64,000 nucleotides of DNA. Source: Azolla caroliniana. Lineage: Eukaryota; Plantae; Polypodiophyta. The notes beneath the pieces were generated by a model that worked only from the letters and a program-made list of their open reading frames with translations, made no database searches and was not told the origin of the DNA. This document shows positions 1 through 12,289 of this stretch, one piece after another (within the stretch, counting starts at the first letter, position 1; every line of letters begins with the position of its first letter). The stretch covers positions 20,026,001-20,090,000 of the forward strand of contig JBHGNT010000011.1 of the NCBI GenBank assembly GCA_043228905.1. Reading direction: 5' to 3'. The translations under genes were made by a program, and so were the position numbers.

Positions 1-141
1 TCTATCCTTCATGTTCACAGCTTTCAAGAAGTACAAAGTCTTGTCTTCTTCAAGCAACACTTGGTCCGTGTTGGGGAGACGACTAAACATCTGGTCGAAT
101 TTGTCGTACACCCTCGAGGCGCTCATCTTCTTATTCTTCTT

Positions 142-617
142 TGACGTGAAATACATGGATTAATCTCCGGCCACAACCGAAGCGTAGATCACTTGATGAC
201 AATCAAAACATAGACGAAATAGGAATGGAGGTTTCAGGCTATTTACAAATATAGCCCTAGTGGGCTCTCTGGAACATATTTACATATAGGTCCCTTCCAT
301 CCGATGAGAGGTTCTCATCAAGCCTACAACATCTGGTTCTCACCGGGTCTTCCTTGCCAGGTACTCGTCATCCGGTTCTCACCTGGTCTTCCGTTGCCGG
401 GTACTCCACATCCGGTTCTCACCGGGTCTTCCGTTGCTGGGTACTCGTCATCCGATTCTCACCGGGTCTTCCTTGTCGGGTACTCGTCATCCGGTTCTCA
501 TCGAGTCTTCCATTGTTGGGTACTCCACATCCGGTTCTCACCGGGTCTTCCGTTGTCGGGTTTGCTCATCAACATTGTTCTTCTCACTTCCCATCCGGAG
601 GGACCTGTTTCCTAACA
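142..617 (-). mobile_element. Solo LTR of copia family B, internally deleted
   Basis: Termini TGACG...CCTAACA; 5-bp TSD TTCTT at 137-141 and 618-622. Shares CTATTTACAAATATAGCC and CCATCCG..GGGACC with the LTRs at 23872-24423 and 25910-26505. Confidence 0.85.
330..562. repeat. About 6 tandem copies of a 39-40 bp unit in the U3 part of the solo LTR
   Basis: Unit CATCCGGTTCTCACCGGGTCTTCCGTTGCCGGGTACTCGT, starting at about 330, 369, 409, 449, 488 and 528. Confidence 0.9.
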
Positions 618-1046
618 TTCTTTTCTATCAACTTCATCAAGGCATGTCAAGTCATCCTCGTTGAGTCTTCAGTCCCGAACTCCGCTAATATCGCTTTCTC
701 AAACTCGAACCATGTTATCTTTCCTTCTTGAAGCTCGATGACGCGTCTTTGGATGTTGTTGGCGACCACCCTCTTGAAACTCGTGATTTCCCGTGCTTCA
801 GACACGTCTCTTTGATTCATCTCCCTTTTGTATGCGTTAAGGAACTTCGTAATGTTCCTTCCATCAAATTGACCCTCGAGCTCTACGACACGGTCGACGG
901 CCTTCTCCACACTCGCATCGTTGTCTCAAGATCTCATAATTTGTTCGACGATTATCATCATCCTTTCGAACTCTCCCACTTGGTTGCTTGAGGATGCCAT
1001 CTCCAAGTATCTGTTGATCCTCGATTTGATCCTTCCTGCCGCCTCT

Positions 1047-1064
1047 TTCACGTCGGGTTCACCA
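1047..1064 (-). promoter_or_regulatory. Primer-binding site complementary to tRNA-Trp
   Basis: The + strand reads TTCACGTCGGGTTCACCA, matching the 3' end (with CCA) of plant cytosolic tRNA-Trp as I recall it. It sits between the LTR and gag. Confidence 0.75.
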
Positions 1065-1072
1065 TTTAATTA

Positions 1073-2203
1073 TGTCGTGAAGATTCGTCACTACGCGCGG
1101 ATCGTGAGGCGGAACCATCGGGGTTCTGGACCGGAAGGACTCAAAGTTGGCGCTAGCTTTAGCGAGAAAGGTTTTAAGATAGATTGAAAGAGAGAGATTG
1201 AGATAAGATAGAACACTTGATTTTTAGATTGAGAGAGAGTTTTTCAGAGACAAGATATATCAACAATTGGATAACGAATTTCTTACTTTTAATTTTAATT
1301 TTAATTTTACATTAGTCCTTTCATCTTTTTCCTCCCCTCTTTTATAGATGCCCTCATGCATTTGAGGGTACAAGACATGCATAAAATGCATGTTTGCCAT
1401 TTGGCACTCATGTATTACATGTGGTGCATGATAACCACGTCACTCATTTAAGGTCTCATGTATGAGAATTTACATGTAAAATTATAATGACAAAATAATT
1501 ATTTCATGAAAATGTCTTCGCTTAGTGGTAAGCCTATAGACTCTCAACTTGGAGGTGCAAGGTTTAAATCCACACTTGCACTCCTTGTGTGTGTATATAT
1601 ATATATATATGTATACATAGATTTATTTATAATCTATCCGGTCGCTAGATGCTGGATGCTGTTGGTTATCGTCGGTCGTCGGATGACGCCGGCTCCGCCG
1701 CGAGTTGACACCTCTGTCGTCGGATCCGCCGCCGACCGTACGGTTCCGGTTTGCTTACCGACCGGTCCCGATTTGCTTTCCGACAGGTTCCAGTTTGCTT
1801 ACCACCGGTCCCAGTTTGCTTTCTAGTTTATGGACTGATTCCAAATTGATTTCCGGCCGATTCCGGTTTCATTACCGGTCGGTTCCATTTTATTGTCAGT
1901 CGGGTTTTGGGAATTTGGCCACATTCATCCATCTAGACAAAGTGGCCAAAGTGCTCTTAGCACAAATGAGAAAATAAAGGATCTCAATGTGATTATATAG
2001 CCAGGGCCTTAACTTTCCTATCTATGTGGGATATTTCACAGTTTTTTTTTCTTTTTTTTCTTTTGCAAAACTTTATACCCACATAAGTTGACACTTACAT
2101 GTCTGTTTCTTATGTAGTAAAGTGCATCCGAAACCTCTTCAAGACCTCCATCCTTTTATAGTTTTATGTGATTTTCACACCATTTCCGAAAATCTTCACG
2201 ACA
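1073..2203 (-). mobile_element. 5' LTR (about 1.13 kb) of the Trp-primed retrotransposon
   Basis: Perfect 13-bp inverted termini TGTCGTGAAGATT...AATCTTCACGACA; adjacent PBS; its right boundary interrupts the 2204-2698 reading frame. Confidence 0.75.
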
Positions 2204-2698
2204 ACGTTCTTTCAATTCTCAGACATCTATGCTTTCTATATTCTTCTCTTGATGCATCAAATGCATATTAGATGAGTTTGATAGCACATCCCCACCACAT
2301 ACATCGGCCCATGACTTTGTTATACATGCATTTTTCATCTCGCTTACATCCCGCCTCATCGTGTCCAATTTTTCTTCTTTTAATGTTTCCTTTAACTCAA
2401 TCTTGTTAAGGCACTCATTTGTTTCGAAAAAAGCTCTTTTACATTCTTGAATCTCTTCTTGAAGTTTTGCAACCACTTGTTTAAGACTTTCATTCTCAAT
2501 GACAACACTTTGGAGCTTAGAATTCTCTTTCATTAACGTCCTAATCTCTTCACCTTGCTTGTTTATGGTTTCTTGAAGAGAAATCAAGTGACTCATAAGC
2601 ATTTTGTCCATTGCATTGGAATCGAGATTTGTTGGTGATCTCGGCTCATTATCAATCATACCCTCAAACTTTGCGGCGGCTTTACGAGTATTTGCCAT
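2204..2698 (-). pseudogene. Coiled-coil ORF resembling the N-terminal part of a LINE ORF1, truncated by the LTR insertion
   Basis: 159-aa heptad-rich ORF with an SWADV motif, followed by *ELKER up to the LTR boundary. This resembles non-LTR ORF1 proteins. Confidence 0.45.
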
Positions 2699-2961
2699 TG
2701 TAGGGACAAACCCTACGGGAAGAGAGAGATAGAGAGGGAAGGAGAGAGAATGTACCTTTCACTCGATTTAGGGCTTCAAAATCTACCTTGCGTTTGAGGA
2801 ACCGTGGGGCAAAGATGGTTGCGGATGAAAATGCTCATAACTTCTCGCCACGGTAACGGAATTCAGTAAATGAACATTCTTTAGAAAGCTCTCTAAAAGA
2901 GCTTTCCAACGAGCTATAGAACGTAGAAAATGATTTTCGAAGTGAACTTACAGAGAGCTTT

Positions 2962-3007
<46 letters not shown>

Positions 3008-3982
3008 TGATAACATGTGATATATTATATGAAGAGTAAGTACAATAATAGCTAGGAGGCTTAAGACTGGCGTTGAACCGAATTGATTCGAAATAATGCC
3101 TTGTGTCTCTTTTTATAGTGTTGTCAAGAGTACTCCTGAAGTTTCTAGAATGTTCTAGAGAAATCTGGAATGTACATCAATTTTCTATAGTGAAATAATA
3201 AATGAAAACAATTATTTTTGTATTACAATGTATAGCTTAATGGTAGGGCTTCAACCCATGTGACACTAGGTCATGGGTTCAAATCTTTTTAATGCCATAC
3301 CATGCTATATCATGACAATTATAATTCACAACTCTCTCTAATTGGTTTGGTCAAGTTCCCATATTGTGTACGGCTATCCTTTGTCTCATACACTCTATTA
3401 GTGAGATTCTTTGAAAGCTCCTATGTTTGATTGCTAAGTGTATAACCTAACCAATTAACCAAGTAATATAATTTGTTGCACACAATTTTACAATTCAAAA
3501 TGGTTTTCATTTCATATTTTAGACCATCAACAAGCTTAGTAAGAGATGGATGAGGAACAACACAATCCAGAATAGAGCCTAAAGTGATACATGGAACATT
3601 TGATGAAGATGCATATGAGGAAGAAGATCAAGGCAAAACATAACCTCACGAATCTAGTCAATGATACTAAATGATCCAAGATGTTGATAATCCAACTTAT
3701 TTCGAGACCTAGTTTTCTTTATGCTACTTCATTAGATCCATAAATGATCCCTAACTTGAAACTTAGGTTATTATTGTGATTAATTGAAATGATGAACATG
3801 TCAATCTACAAATTTCTTAAAAACATCGTATAAATGAGGGAAAGAGGAGTGTGAATCTCTTGAAGTTGAAGTAGACAATTCTTAAAAACAGGACATTTTG
3901 AGGTTTTTGAATGTTCAAGCATCACTCAATATCGGTGGCATTCGATGCTCGCAAAGAGGGGAATGTATCTAGTAGAACAATA

Positions 3983-4230
3983 TTACTGCAAGTAGTATAG
4001 TTGATGGAACCACGTAGATGTTGCTCCAATGTTTGAATGATATGTTTGAGTTTGCCCACCATTTTCTGGATGATTACTCAAAGAGAATTTGAAAATTTGC
4101 TTGAAGGGTTGAAGAAAGTGTTTCCAAAATCTTGAGATAAAATGTAGGCCTCGATCACGAATGACATCATCTGGAAGACCATGATATCTAAATACTTCAA
4201 GCATAACCAAATCTAATTTCAATCGACTAT
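3983..4230 (-). pseudogene. Ty3/gypsy integrase remnant
   Basis: VFRYHGLPDDVIRDRGLHFISRFW...HPENGGQT matches the HGLP..I.SDRG..F.S.FW...HPQTDGQTE consensus. Confidence 0.8.
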
Positions 4231-4491
4231 TGATTTATAATGTGAATTGAATTTATGATAGTCTTTACAAGAATTCTTTGACCTTGACCAAGAATCATGA
4301 TTTAGAACTACATAATTTGAGACATTTTGTGTGAATTTAATCTACAATGTGATCACTGTAAATGGAATCTATTCTAGTTGAATTTGTGAGCATTTTTAAG
4401 ACAAATAGTTGCAATATGCCACAAATGATCAAGACGCAAGAGAACATGATTTTCATGGTCAAAAGCAAGCTATCCTAAATGGGGTGCCATA

Positions 4492-4800
4492 TAACAATCG
4501 GCAACGATTCGGTTCAATTTGAGAGGGTCCAAACCGAACCGTTTAAATTTTTTGAAACCTGAACCAAACCAAACCAAACCGCGAAACCGTTAAACATTTT
4601 TCAAACCGTTAAATCATTAAACTGTAAAAACCGCGGTTTTGTGGTTCGGTTTCAATTTTCAACATAGGTCAAATTTTTAATTTTTAATTTTTAATTTTTT
4701 AAAATTTTTAAGATGTTCCTAAAATGTGAAAATAAGGTCTAAAAATGAAAAGATTGTTTAAAAACAATTTTTTTATTTTTTATTTTTTATTTTTAAATAA
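4492..4800. mobile_element. Truncated hAT-type MITE, same family as 12290-12657
   Basis: Left TIR TAACAATCGGCAACGATTCGGTT and AAACCG subterminal repeats; colinear with 12290-12540; no right TIR seen. Confidence 0.7.
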
Positions 4801-5646
4801 GGCTTGTAGATTTGGGTGTATAATTACTTTATAAAGTGTAATTTTTTGGACATAGGGGTAGTTTGGTAAATTTGGAACTTCCAGGGCATTCTGGTAAATA
4901 GACGAACTTCCATGGGTATCCTGGTACTTCTCCCTAGTATTTATTACATATCAAAGTACAAATATCATATATATATATATATATATAAGAATGACCTATT
5001 CCTTAAATGTTTAATATTTAGGTTATGTGTTCAAGGCCCCTTATGAGCGGAGTGATGTCTTGCACCTTAGTCCTAGATCTTGGTATAAATCAATACATAC
5101 ATACATAATGAGAGGTTTAGAGCATCAATCTTGTAACTTGTAAATTAAAGGTCTTTAAAATCAATCCTCAATGTGAGCACTCTATGTCTACATATTATAA
5201 GGATAATCTCTCTTTGTTTGGCCAAACGTAATCTTTGCATGAATTTTTCTCCCAATTATAATGTGGATTCTTAATTGCAACATTCATCAATAAAGTTCTT
5301 GAACATCCAGAGTCTCTACTCATTTTCACATGTATTACATGAAAATATAATATTTTTGCTCTCATATGTCATATTTGACCTCCAAAGACGGTAATAAAAT
5401 AAATCTATAAAAAAACTCTCTCTATATATATAGTAAATAATAATGTATTAATTTTGAAAGTTAAATTACAAGTAATGGGATATGATATCTATTGGCACCC
5501 CACAAACCATACCAATAGATAACATAATCAATTGTCATGGGACCTATATCGTCCCATTTGATGAAGATCGATGCTAATGACAAACAAGATGTCGTTGAAA
5601 ACTACAAATAAGTAATTCCTCACCACCAAGATTCTTGTGTCCATTG

Positions 5647-8600
5647 TGTTGGAGACAAAGTCGTCTATGCGGAAGATCGAGAAGCATTCGATTGCTGTTG
5701 AGTACCTGCGTATGACAATTTCTAGGTCGTTGCACAGAGAGAGAGAGAGAGACACACACACAAAAGACTCTTTATTCCACAAAGCAATAATACAACATCC
5801 AACAAAAAAAAAACCTTTACAAAAAGGTTACAAGGTCACTATATATAGTGACCGACTTAGGGCAACTACCCTTTATGCTAATTACATAAATGGCCAAAAC
5901 GGGATAGTGTGAATACGTCCATTATACACATGTATTCGACACTCCCCCGTAATGGGCGTATACATGGGTTATCTAAGATTACAGGTATAGACTTAGGTTC
6001 TCGGACATATCAGCTTTGTTCGAGTCGGCAGGGTCCGAAGGCAGAAGACCGAACTGGTCGGGTCGGAACAGTTGAAGCCGATCATTAAGGAACTGATGTC
6101 GGTTGTCGGGAACCATCCTGCTCTGTGTCCAGCTCTAACCGGACTGGTTTGTCGTTACGCCCATCTGATGCCGAAGAGACCGAAAACGGTCTGCCGAAAG
6201 ACACTTGGTCATTCCATCTGCGACATTGTCGGTTGTGGATATTTTCTCTAGACCGATTTTCCCTGAAATGACGCAGTCCCGAACGAAGTGATATCGAACG
6301 TCGATATGTTTGGAGGCGTTGTGGTGAACCGGATTTTTCGACAAGGCAACAGCACCTTGACTGTCGCTGTAGACAACTGGGGCCGAGTCATGGTCGACTT
6401 GTCGAAACGTGTGCGCCAGCCGACCGAGCCACAAAGCTTCTTTTGCTGCGTCGGACGCAGATACATATTCTGCTTCGGTCGTTGAGGTCGCTGTGCACTC
6501 CTGAAGTTTCGACTTCCACGAGATTGCTCCATTGCCGAATTTGAAGCAGTATCCGGTTGTTGATTTCCGACTGTCTATACAGCCGGCGAAGTCCGAGTCG
6601 GTGTAACCGACTACGCCTGAGGTTCGGTTCGGACCGAAAAGAATGCCGTGGTCTTTTGTGCCAGCCAGATATCTGAACACATGCTTGACTGCGTTCCAAT
6701 GCGATCGGCCAGGATTGTGCATAAATCTGCTAACGACTCCTACGGCATGAGAGATATCAGGCCGTGTCGCGACCATCAGGTACATAAGGGAGCCGACTTC
6801 ATATCTTCCCCCTCCGGACCGGATGTCGGGCAGTCTCGCTGAGAGAGCCGAAGATTCATGGGGAGCGGGGTTGAAGCAGATTTGGCTGATTGCATGTTGA
6901 AGCGTTCCAAGACACGTCCGATATAGTCGGTCTGAGACAAAAAAAGATGTCGTTTATCGCGATGCCGACTAATCTTCATGCCAAGGATGTGTCGTGCCGG
7001 ACCGAGGTCCTTCATGGCAAACTTCAACCGCAGTTGCCGAATGAGATCGGCAAGTTCGCCCGCGTGGCGTCCAGAAATTAGCATGTCGTCCACGTAAATG
7101 ATGAGGAAGATGGGTGATCCATCTTGAGCTGTGTTGGTAAAGAGACAATGGTCCTCATCGCTTTTTGAGAAGCCGATCGATTGGATGAAGTCGTCGAACT
7201 TCTTGTACCATTGTCGCGGTGCCTGTTTGAGGCCGTATAGACTCTTCCTGAGGCGGCAGACTAGATGTTCTTGGCCAGTTGCCACGAAGCCTTTTGGCTG
7301 CTCCATATAAATTTCCTCCTCGAGATCACCATGGAGGAAGGCTGTTTTGACATCTAGCTGAATCAGCTCCAAGTTGTCGGCTGCCACTACGCCGAGTAGA
7401 AAACGAAGGGTTGTCATTTTCACCACTGGTGAAAAAATCTCGTCGAAGTCGACGCCATATTCTTGTCGGAAGCCCTTCGCAACTAATCTGGCCTTGTACT
7501 TTGGGGTGGTCGAATCAGACGTCTCTTTTAGTCGATAAACCCACTTGCAAGGAAGAGCACGTCGGTTCCTAGGTAATTCGACCAGATCCCAAGTCTTGTT
7601 TGCCCGAATGGAGTGCATTTCCGACTCCATCGCCAGATGCCAGGTGGCGGAATCGACAGATGTCGATGCTTCTTCGTAAGACGTCGGTTCGCCGGCGTCG
7701 GTGAAGAAAATTCCAGGAGAATACCTCTCCGGAGGTTGCGACAGTCTCTCGGATCGGCGAGGTAAGATTGGACTGGTCGCATCGGGTATCAAGGCCGGAT
7801 GGTCCGAAAGCGGATTGTTCTGCTGTGCCGAGTCGGGATTGTCCGAGTCGGTAGTGTAAGGTTCAGCTACCCGTGAAGCTGACCGTGTGTTGAGAGCAGG
7901 GCCTTCTTGAAGGGTCAGCACATCGGAAAATGTTACCCTTCGGACTTCGATCGGTTTTTCGACTGATGGATTCATAGCCGACTCGTTGAACACAACGTCC
8001 GAACTTCGAACGATTTGTCTGCGTTCGGGGTCCCAGAGTCGGTATCCCATTTCGCCGTCGGATCCATATCCAAGGAAAATGCATTTCCTGGACCGAGGTG
8101 CAAGTTTTCGGCGATCATCTTTCGGAATAAGGGCGTACGCCTCGCATCCGAAGATCCTCAGCTTGTCGTAATTCGGCTTACTGCCGATCCATAGTTCCTG
8201 AGGAATTTGAAGTCCTAGAGGTCTACTTGGCGACATATTGATTATGTGTACTGCCGTGAGTAGAGCCTCTGCCCAGAAGCCATCCGACAGTCCGGAGTGT
8301 TGGAGCATGGAAACTATCCGTTCTTGGATTGTGCGATTCATGCGTTCGGCAATCCCGTTTTGCTCCGGGCTGTGTGGTGCCGTAAATTCACGTCGGATGC
8401 CGCGTTGTCGGCAGAATTTGACGAATTCTTCTGATTTGAACTCTCCCCCATTGTCTGTCCGAAAGCATTTCAGCTTTCGGTCGGTTTGATTTTCTACCAT
8501 AGCGAGCCAATCGGTGAAGATCGAGAAGACCCGATCTTTGGTGCGAATTGGATAAGCCCACACCTTTCGAGTCGAATCGTCAATAAAAGTGACGAAGTAA

Positions 8601-11001
8601 GAGGCACCGCCGAGAGACTGATGCGGCATTGGGCCACAGACGTCCGAGTGGACCAAATCGAGAGGTCTCGTTTCTCTTGGTGCTGATGTCGGGTGTGATG
8701 CGGCTGCTTGTTTGCCATACTGGCAATGCTCGCAGAATTGATGGTCCGAGAAGGAGAGTTTGGGGATGTATCCGGCTCTAGATAGGTGCGTGATGCCGGC
8801 CTTGCTGAGGTGTCCTAATCTTTGGTGCCATAGTGATGACACAGGAATATCCACCAAAAACAGGTTACCCTCTCTGAGCGTAACATGTAACGGATACAGG
8901 GAGTGTATCTTGGGTCCTCTAGCAAGCAGGAGGTTCCCCCTGTGGAGTGTCCACCCTCCCGAAGAAAAACCGGCACGAATGCCGTCTTCATCTAGTTGTC
9001 CGACTGAGATCAATGGCCTTGAGAGCTCGGGTACATGTCGGACATTGTGGAGTACAAGTGTAGAGCCACCTGCAAGGTTGAGCTCTACTGTGCCGATTCC
9101 GATGATGTCACAGTGTTGTGAGTTGCCGACTCGAACTGAGTCGGAGTGACGGATCGTATATTGCCGAAATTGGGATCGATGAGGAGTCACGTGAAATGAC
9201 GCGCCCGAATCTAAGAGCCATGTGCTCGATTCTTCAGTCGTGAGTAGAACTTCTGATCCGACTGGATTTTCGATTGATAGTATATTCGGGTCGTCCGGTA
9301 GTACATCAGCTGAGAAGCTGACGTAATTGATCTCCTCATGCCGGCCACTCTTCTTGTTGTTCTTGTTCTTGAGTGCGCGGCAGTCGGCTTTGATGTGTCC
9401 GGGTTTCTTGCAATAGTTGCAGATTCGGTTATCCCGTGACTGGCTCCGTCTTCGCTGATTGTTCGGCGGCCGTGAGGAATCTCTTCCTCGTATGTTCGAT
9501 CGGTCTGTCGAACCTTGTACTACGTAAGCGTCGTCTGTTGAGTCTTTGGCGAAAGACTTTCTCCGAGCTGCTTCGGTCAGGATTGCGCTCGTGACTTCGG
9601 AGTATTTAACAGCCGTGGTTGACGCGTTGCACACGGTTGTGACGAAAGTTTCCCATGATGAGGGAAGGCTGCTCATGAGTATCATTGCTCTGAGTTCATC
9701 CTCGATTGCCGTCCCCTGTGACGAGATTTGGGAGCTTATGCTTTCGTACTCATTGAGGTGTGCTTGAACCGAATCGGATTCTTTCATCCGCAAGTTGTAG
9801 AGGCGCCGGATCAGAAACATCTTCGTTGCGGCGACCTTCTTTTCGTAAGTGTCCGACAGTGTTTTCCACAGTTCGAATGCTGTCGTACACGATTGCACCG
9901 TAAAGTATACCGATTCCGATAGGTGCATCCGAATCGTGGCGCGGACGATTCTGTCCAGCTTCTGCCACTCAATTGGTTTGTATCCTTCTGGAGGTTCTTC
10001 ATTTTCGATGGGATCGATTTGCCCCTTGACTATGAGATAGTCCTGCATTTGCTCCTTCCAGAAGTTGAAGTTCGATCCATCGAACTTTCGTAGACTCATT
10101 TCTGACGAGCCGGATGTTGATGCCATCAAATTCGGTTTCGGTTGACGAAGCTCGGTTCGGAGTTGACTACGAACCTTGTTGGAGTGCAGTCGGTTGGCTC
10201 ACCCGATATCGTTCTAGTCGGATTTGAACCCGAGTCGGTTCGTCTTCGGAACTTGCTCGAATTGACTCCGGTAGCTTGAGGGACAGAACCGACTGGTCTT
10301 CCCGAATGTTGCCGAGTCGGAGTGAGCCCGGTTCGCTTCGGATATATATGCCGAATACCGATTATTGAAACCGATTATCTGGACCGATTCTGCTTCGGTT
10401 GACTGCAGCAACGAGAGAGACGGATCCAACTGATCCTCCCGAATGTCGATCAGCCAGATGAAGCACGAATTTGGGTTGTTGTCAAAGTTGCACAAGGGGA
10501 TTTCACCTCGAGCGGTTACGATCACAAGGAACAGAGTACAACCTGCTGGCTTACTCCAAGCGAAGATGATCTAACGCGATGAGATGCAAACCTCGTTTTT
10601 CTTCTTCTTCTCTCTTCGAATGACGCAGGGAACCGAATACTGTGCAGGCTGAGACGACGGCCGACAGCGGATTGAAGGACCGACTACTGTGCAGGCTCTG
10701 ATACCAGATGTTGGAGACAAAGTCGTCTATGCGGAAGATCGAGAAGCATTCGATTGCTGTTGAGTACCTGCGTATGACAATTTCTAGGTCGTTGCACAGA
10801 GAGAGAGAGAGAGACACACACAAAAGACTCTTTATTCCACAAAGCAATAATACAACATCCAACAAAAAAAAAACCTTTACAAAAAGGTTACAAGGTCACT
10901 ATATATAGTGACCGACTTAGGGCAACTACCCTTTATGCTAATTACATAAATGGCCAAAACGGGATAGTGTGAATACGTCCATTATACACATGTATTCGAC
11001 A
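5647..11001 (-). mobile_element. Full-length young Ty1/copia element (family A)
   Basis: LTRs 5647-5941 and 10709-11001 appear identical apart from one CA unit. TG..CA ends; TSD CATTG (5642-5646, 11002-11006); iMet PBS TGGTATCAGAGC (10695-10706); PPT at 5942-5950. Confidence 0.97.
6135..10129 (-). pseudogene. Gag-Pol polyprotein (gag, Zn knuckle, protease, integrase, RT, RNase H) with one frameshift near 6790
   Basis: CNYCKKPGHIKADC, LDSGAS, HSDVCGP/TDNGGEF integrase, YVDD, and YTDSDFAG/ADGMTK RNase H motifs; split into ORFs 6776-10129 and 6135-6785. Confidence 0.95.
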
Positions 11002-11702
11002 CATTGTTAGGGCTACGACAATCCCTCCAATAATGCCATTTTCGGTGGTAGTTATAAGCTCTCCACCTTCTTCAACTATGTTTTTCCTGAACTACGAATA
11101 TTCTCTTCCACTACTCATCCTATGTTATTTTTTAACTTCTCTCACAGAACTTCTTGTAAAGGTTACACACATGGTATGTTTAACACACCTTGTGCACTCA
11201 CCATTAATGTTTGGCATATGTCCTTATTGATTAGAGCTCTGCATACCTCTATGCATGAGAGCATGTTGTTCAATGTGTTCATGCATAGTGGCATACAATG
11301 TGCAACTATGAATGACTTGTTATGTCAGAGCGGTGGCGAAGCCAGATCATTGACATCGATGTTTCTCATATTATTGATGTGATGGCTTTGAAAGAACATT
11401 ATGTGTATTATATTGATTAGGGATTAATATAGGCATTGAACTAGTATCCAACCCTTTGATACTAAGATAATAACTCGACATTAACTTTGTTCATAAAAAA
11501 ATAAGACATTTAGTTGTAATCTCTCCTCTATTGGTGGATCTGACGAGATGTATTTATATATTAAAAATGGAAACCAAGTTTATTCTTGCATATAGATATC
11601 TTATGTATATTTTTTGTGGTTGCCTAAAACAATACTAATCTATAGCCTACATAGCACTTGCATTTGAGGCTCATAGAAAAACCCAACTCTGGATATCTCT
11701 AG

Positions 11703-11993
11703 TAGGAATCATCAACGTTAATCATCAACGTTTCGGCTTCGACTTGATTGGTTTGGCCTTATCCAAACCTAACCAATTAAGCCTAAACCGGTTTGGGGGT
11801 TTCCAAACATGAATTGAACCGGTTCCTAAACCGGTTTAGCCCAGCTGATTAAGCCTTAACCGGCTTGGTAACCAATTTAGGCTTAACTGGTTTAAGCAAT
11901 CCCAAACCGAGCTCAAACGGATAAGGGCGCTCAAGCCTTAAAAATGGTTTGGTGGTTCAGTTTAGGCTTGAGCCGAGGTGTTGACGATTCCTA
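11703..11993. mobile_element. hAT-type MITE
   Basis: TIRs TAGGAATC(A/G)TCAAC; perfect 8-bp TSD ATCTCTAG (11695-11702, 11994-12001); AAACCG subterminal motifs. Confidence 0.9.
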
Positions 11994-12289
11994 ATCTCTA
12001 GAGCAAAAGGCCCTTTCCCCCATTCTATAACCCTTGTGTATCTAATGAGTGCTAAAGAATTGATCCCAAAAAAACATATTCTCAACTTAATTACATGTTG
12101 ATATATATAGTGATATAACTTCCTTCCTAAGAATAAAATATTAATCTTATATTATCTAGATATTATATTTAGTTACCAACCAGGGGCTAAGGAATTAAAC
12201 CCTTTAAACAACATGAGAAATGATATATATTTGAATGTTTTAACTTTTAAGGATAGAAAGAGAATTCAAAAATAGGTGTACGCAACCAT

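Larger units (their letters stand above)
1..1000 (-). pseudogene. Degenerate gag-like ORF of an LTR retrotransposon (probably Ty3/gypsy), split by a solo LTR and running off the left edge
   Basis: ORF 647-910 (FDGRNITKFLNAYKREM...ITWFEFEKAILAEF) continues in frame past the 142-617 insertion into 1-141 (KKMSASRVYDKFDQMFSRLP...TLYFLKA). In-frame stops are present. It lies just downstream of a PBS and LTR. Confidence 0.7.

Noticed and set aside
330-562. CRISPR-like array
   Set aside because: The units are contiguous with no unique spacers, lie inside an LTR, and there are no cas genes.
1145-1157. TTGGCGCTAG as an alternative PBS on the + strand
   Set aside because: The match is short, there is no adjacent LTR end, and the orientation is wrong relative to gag.
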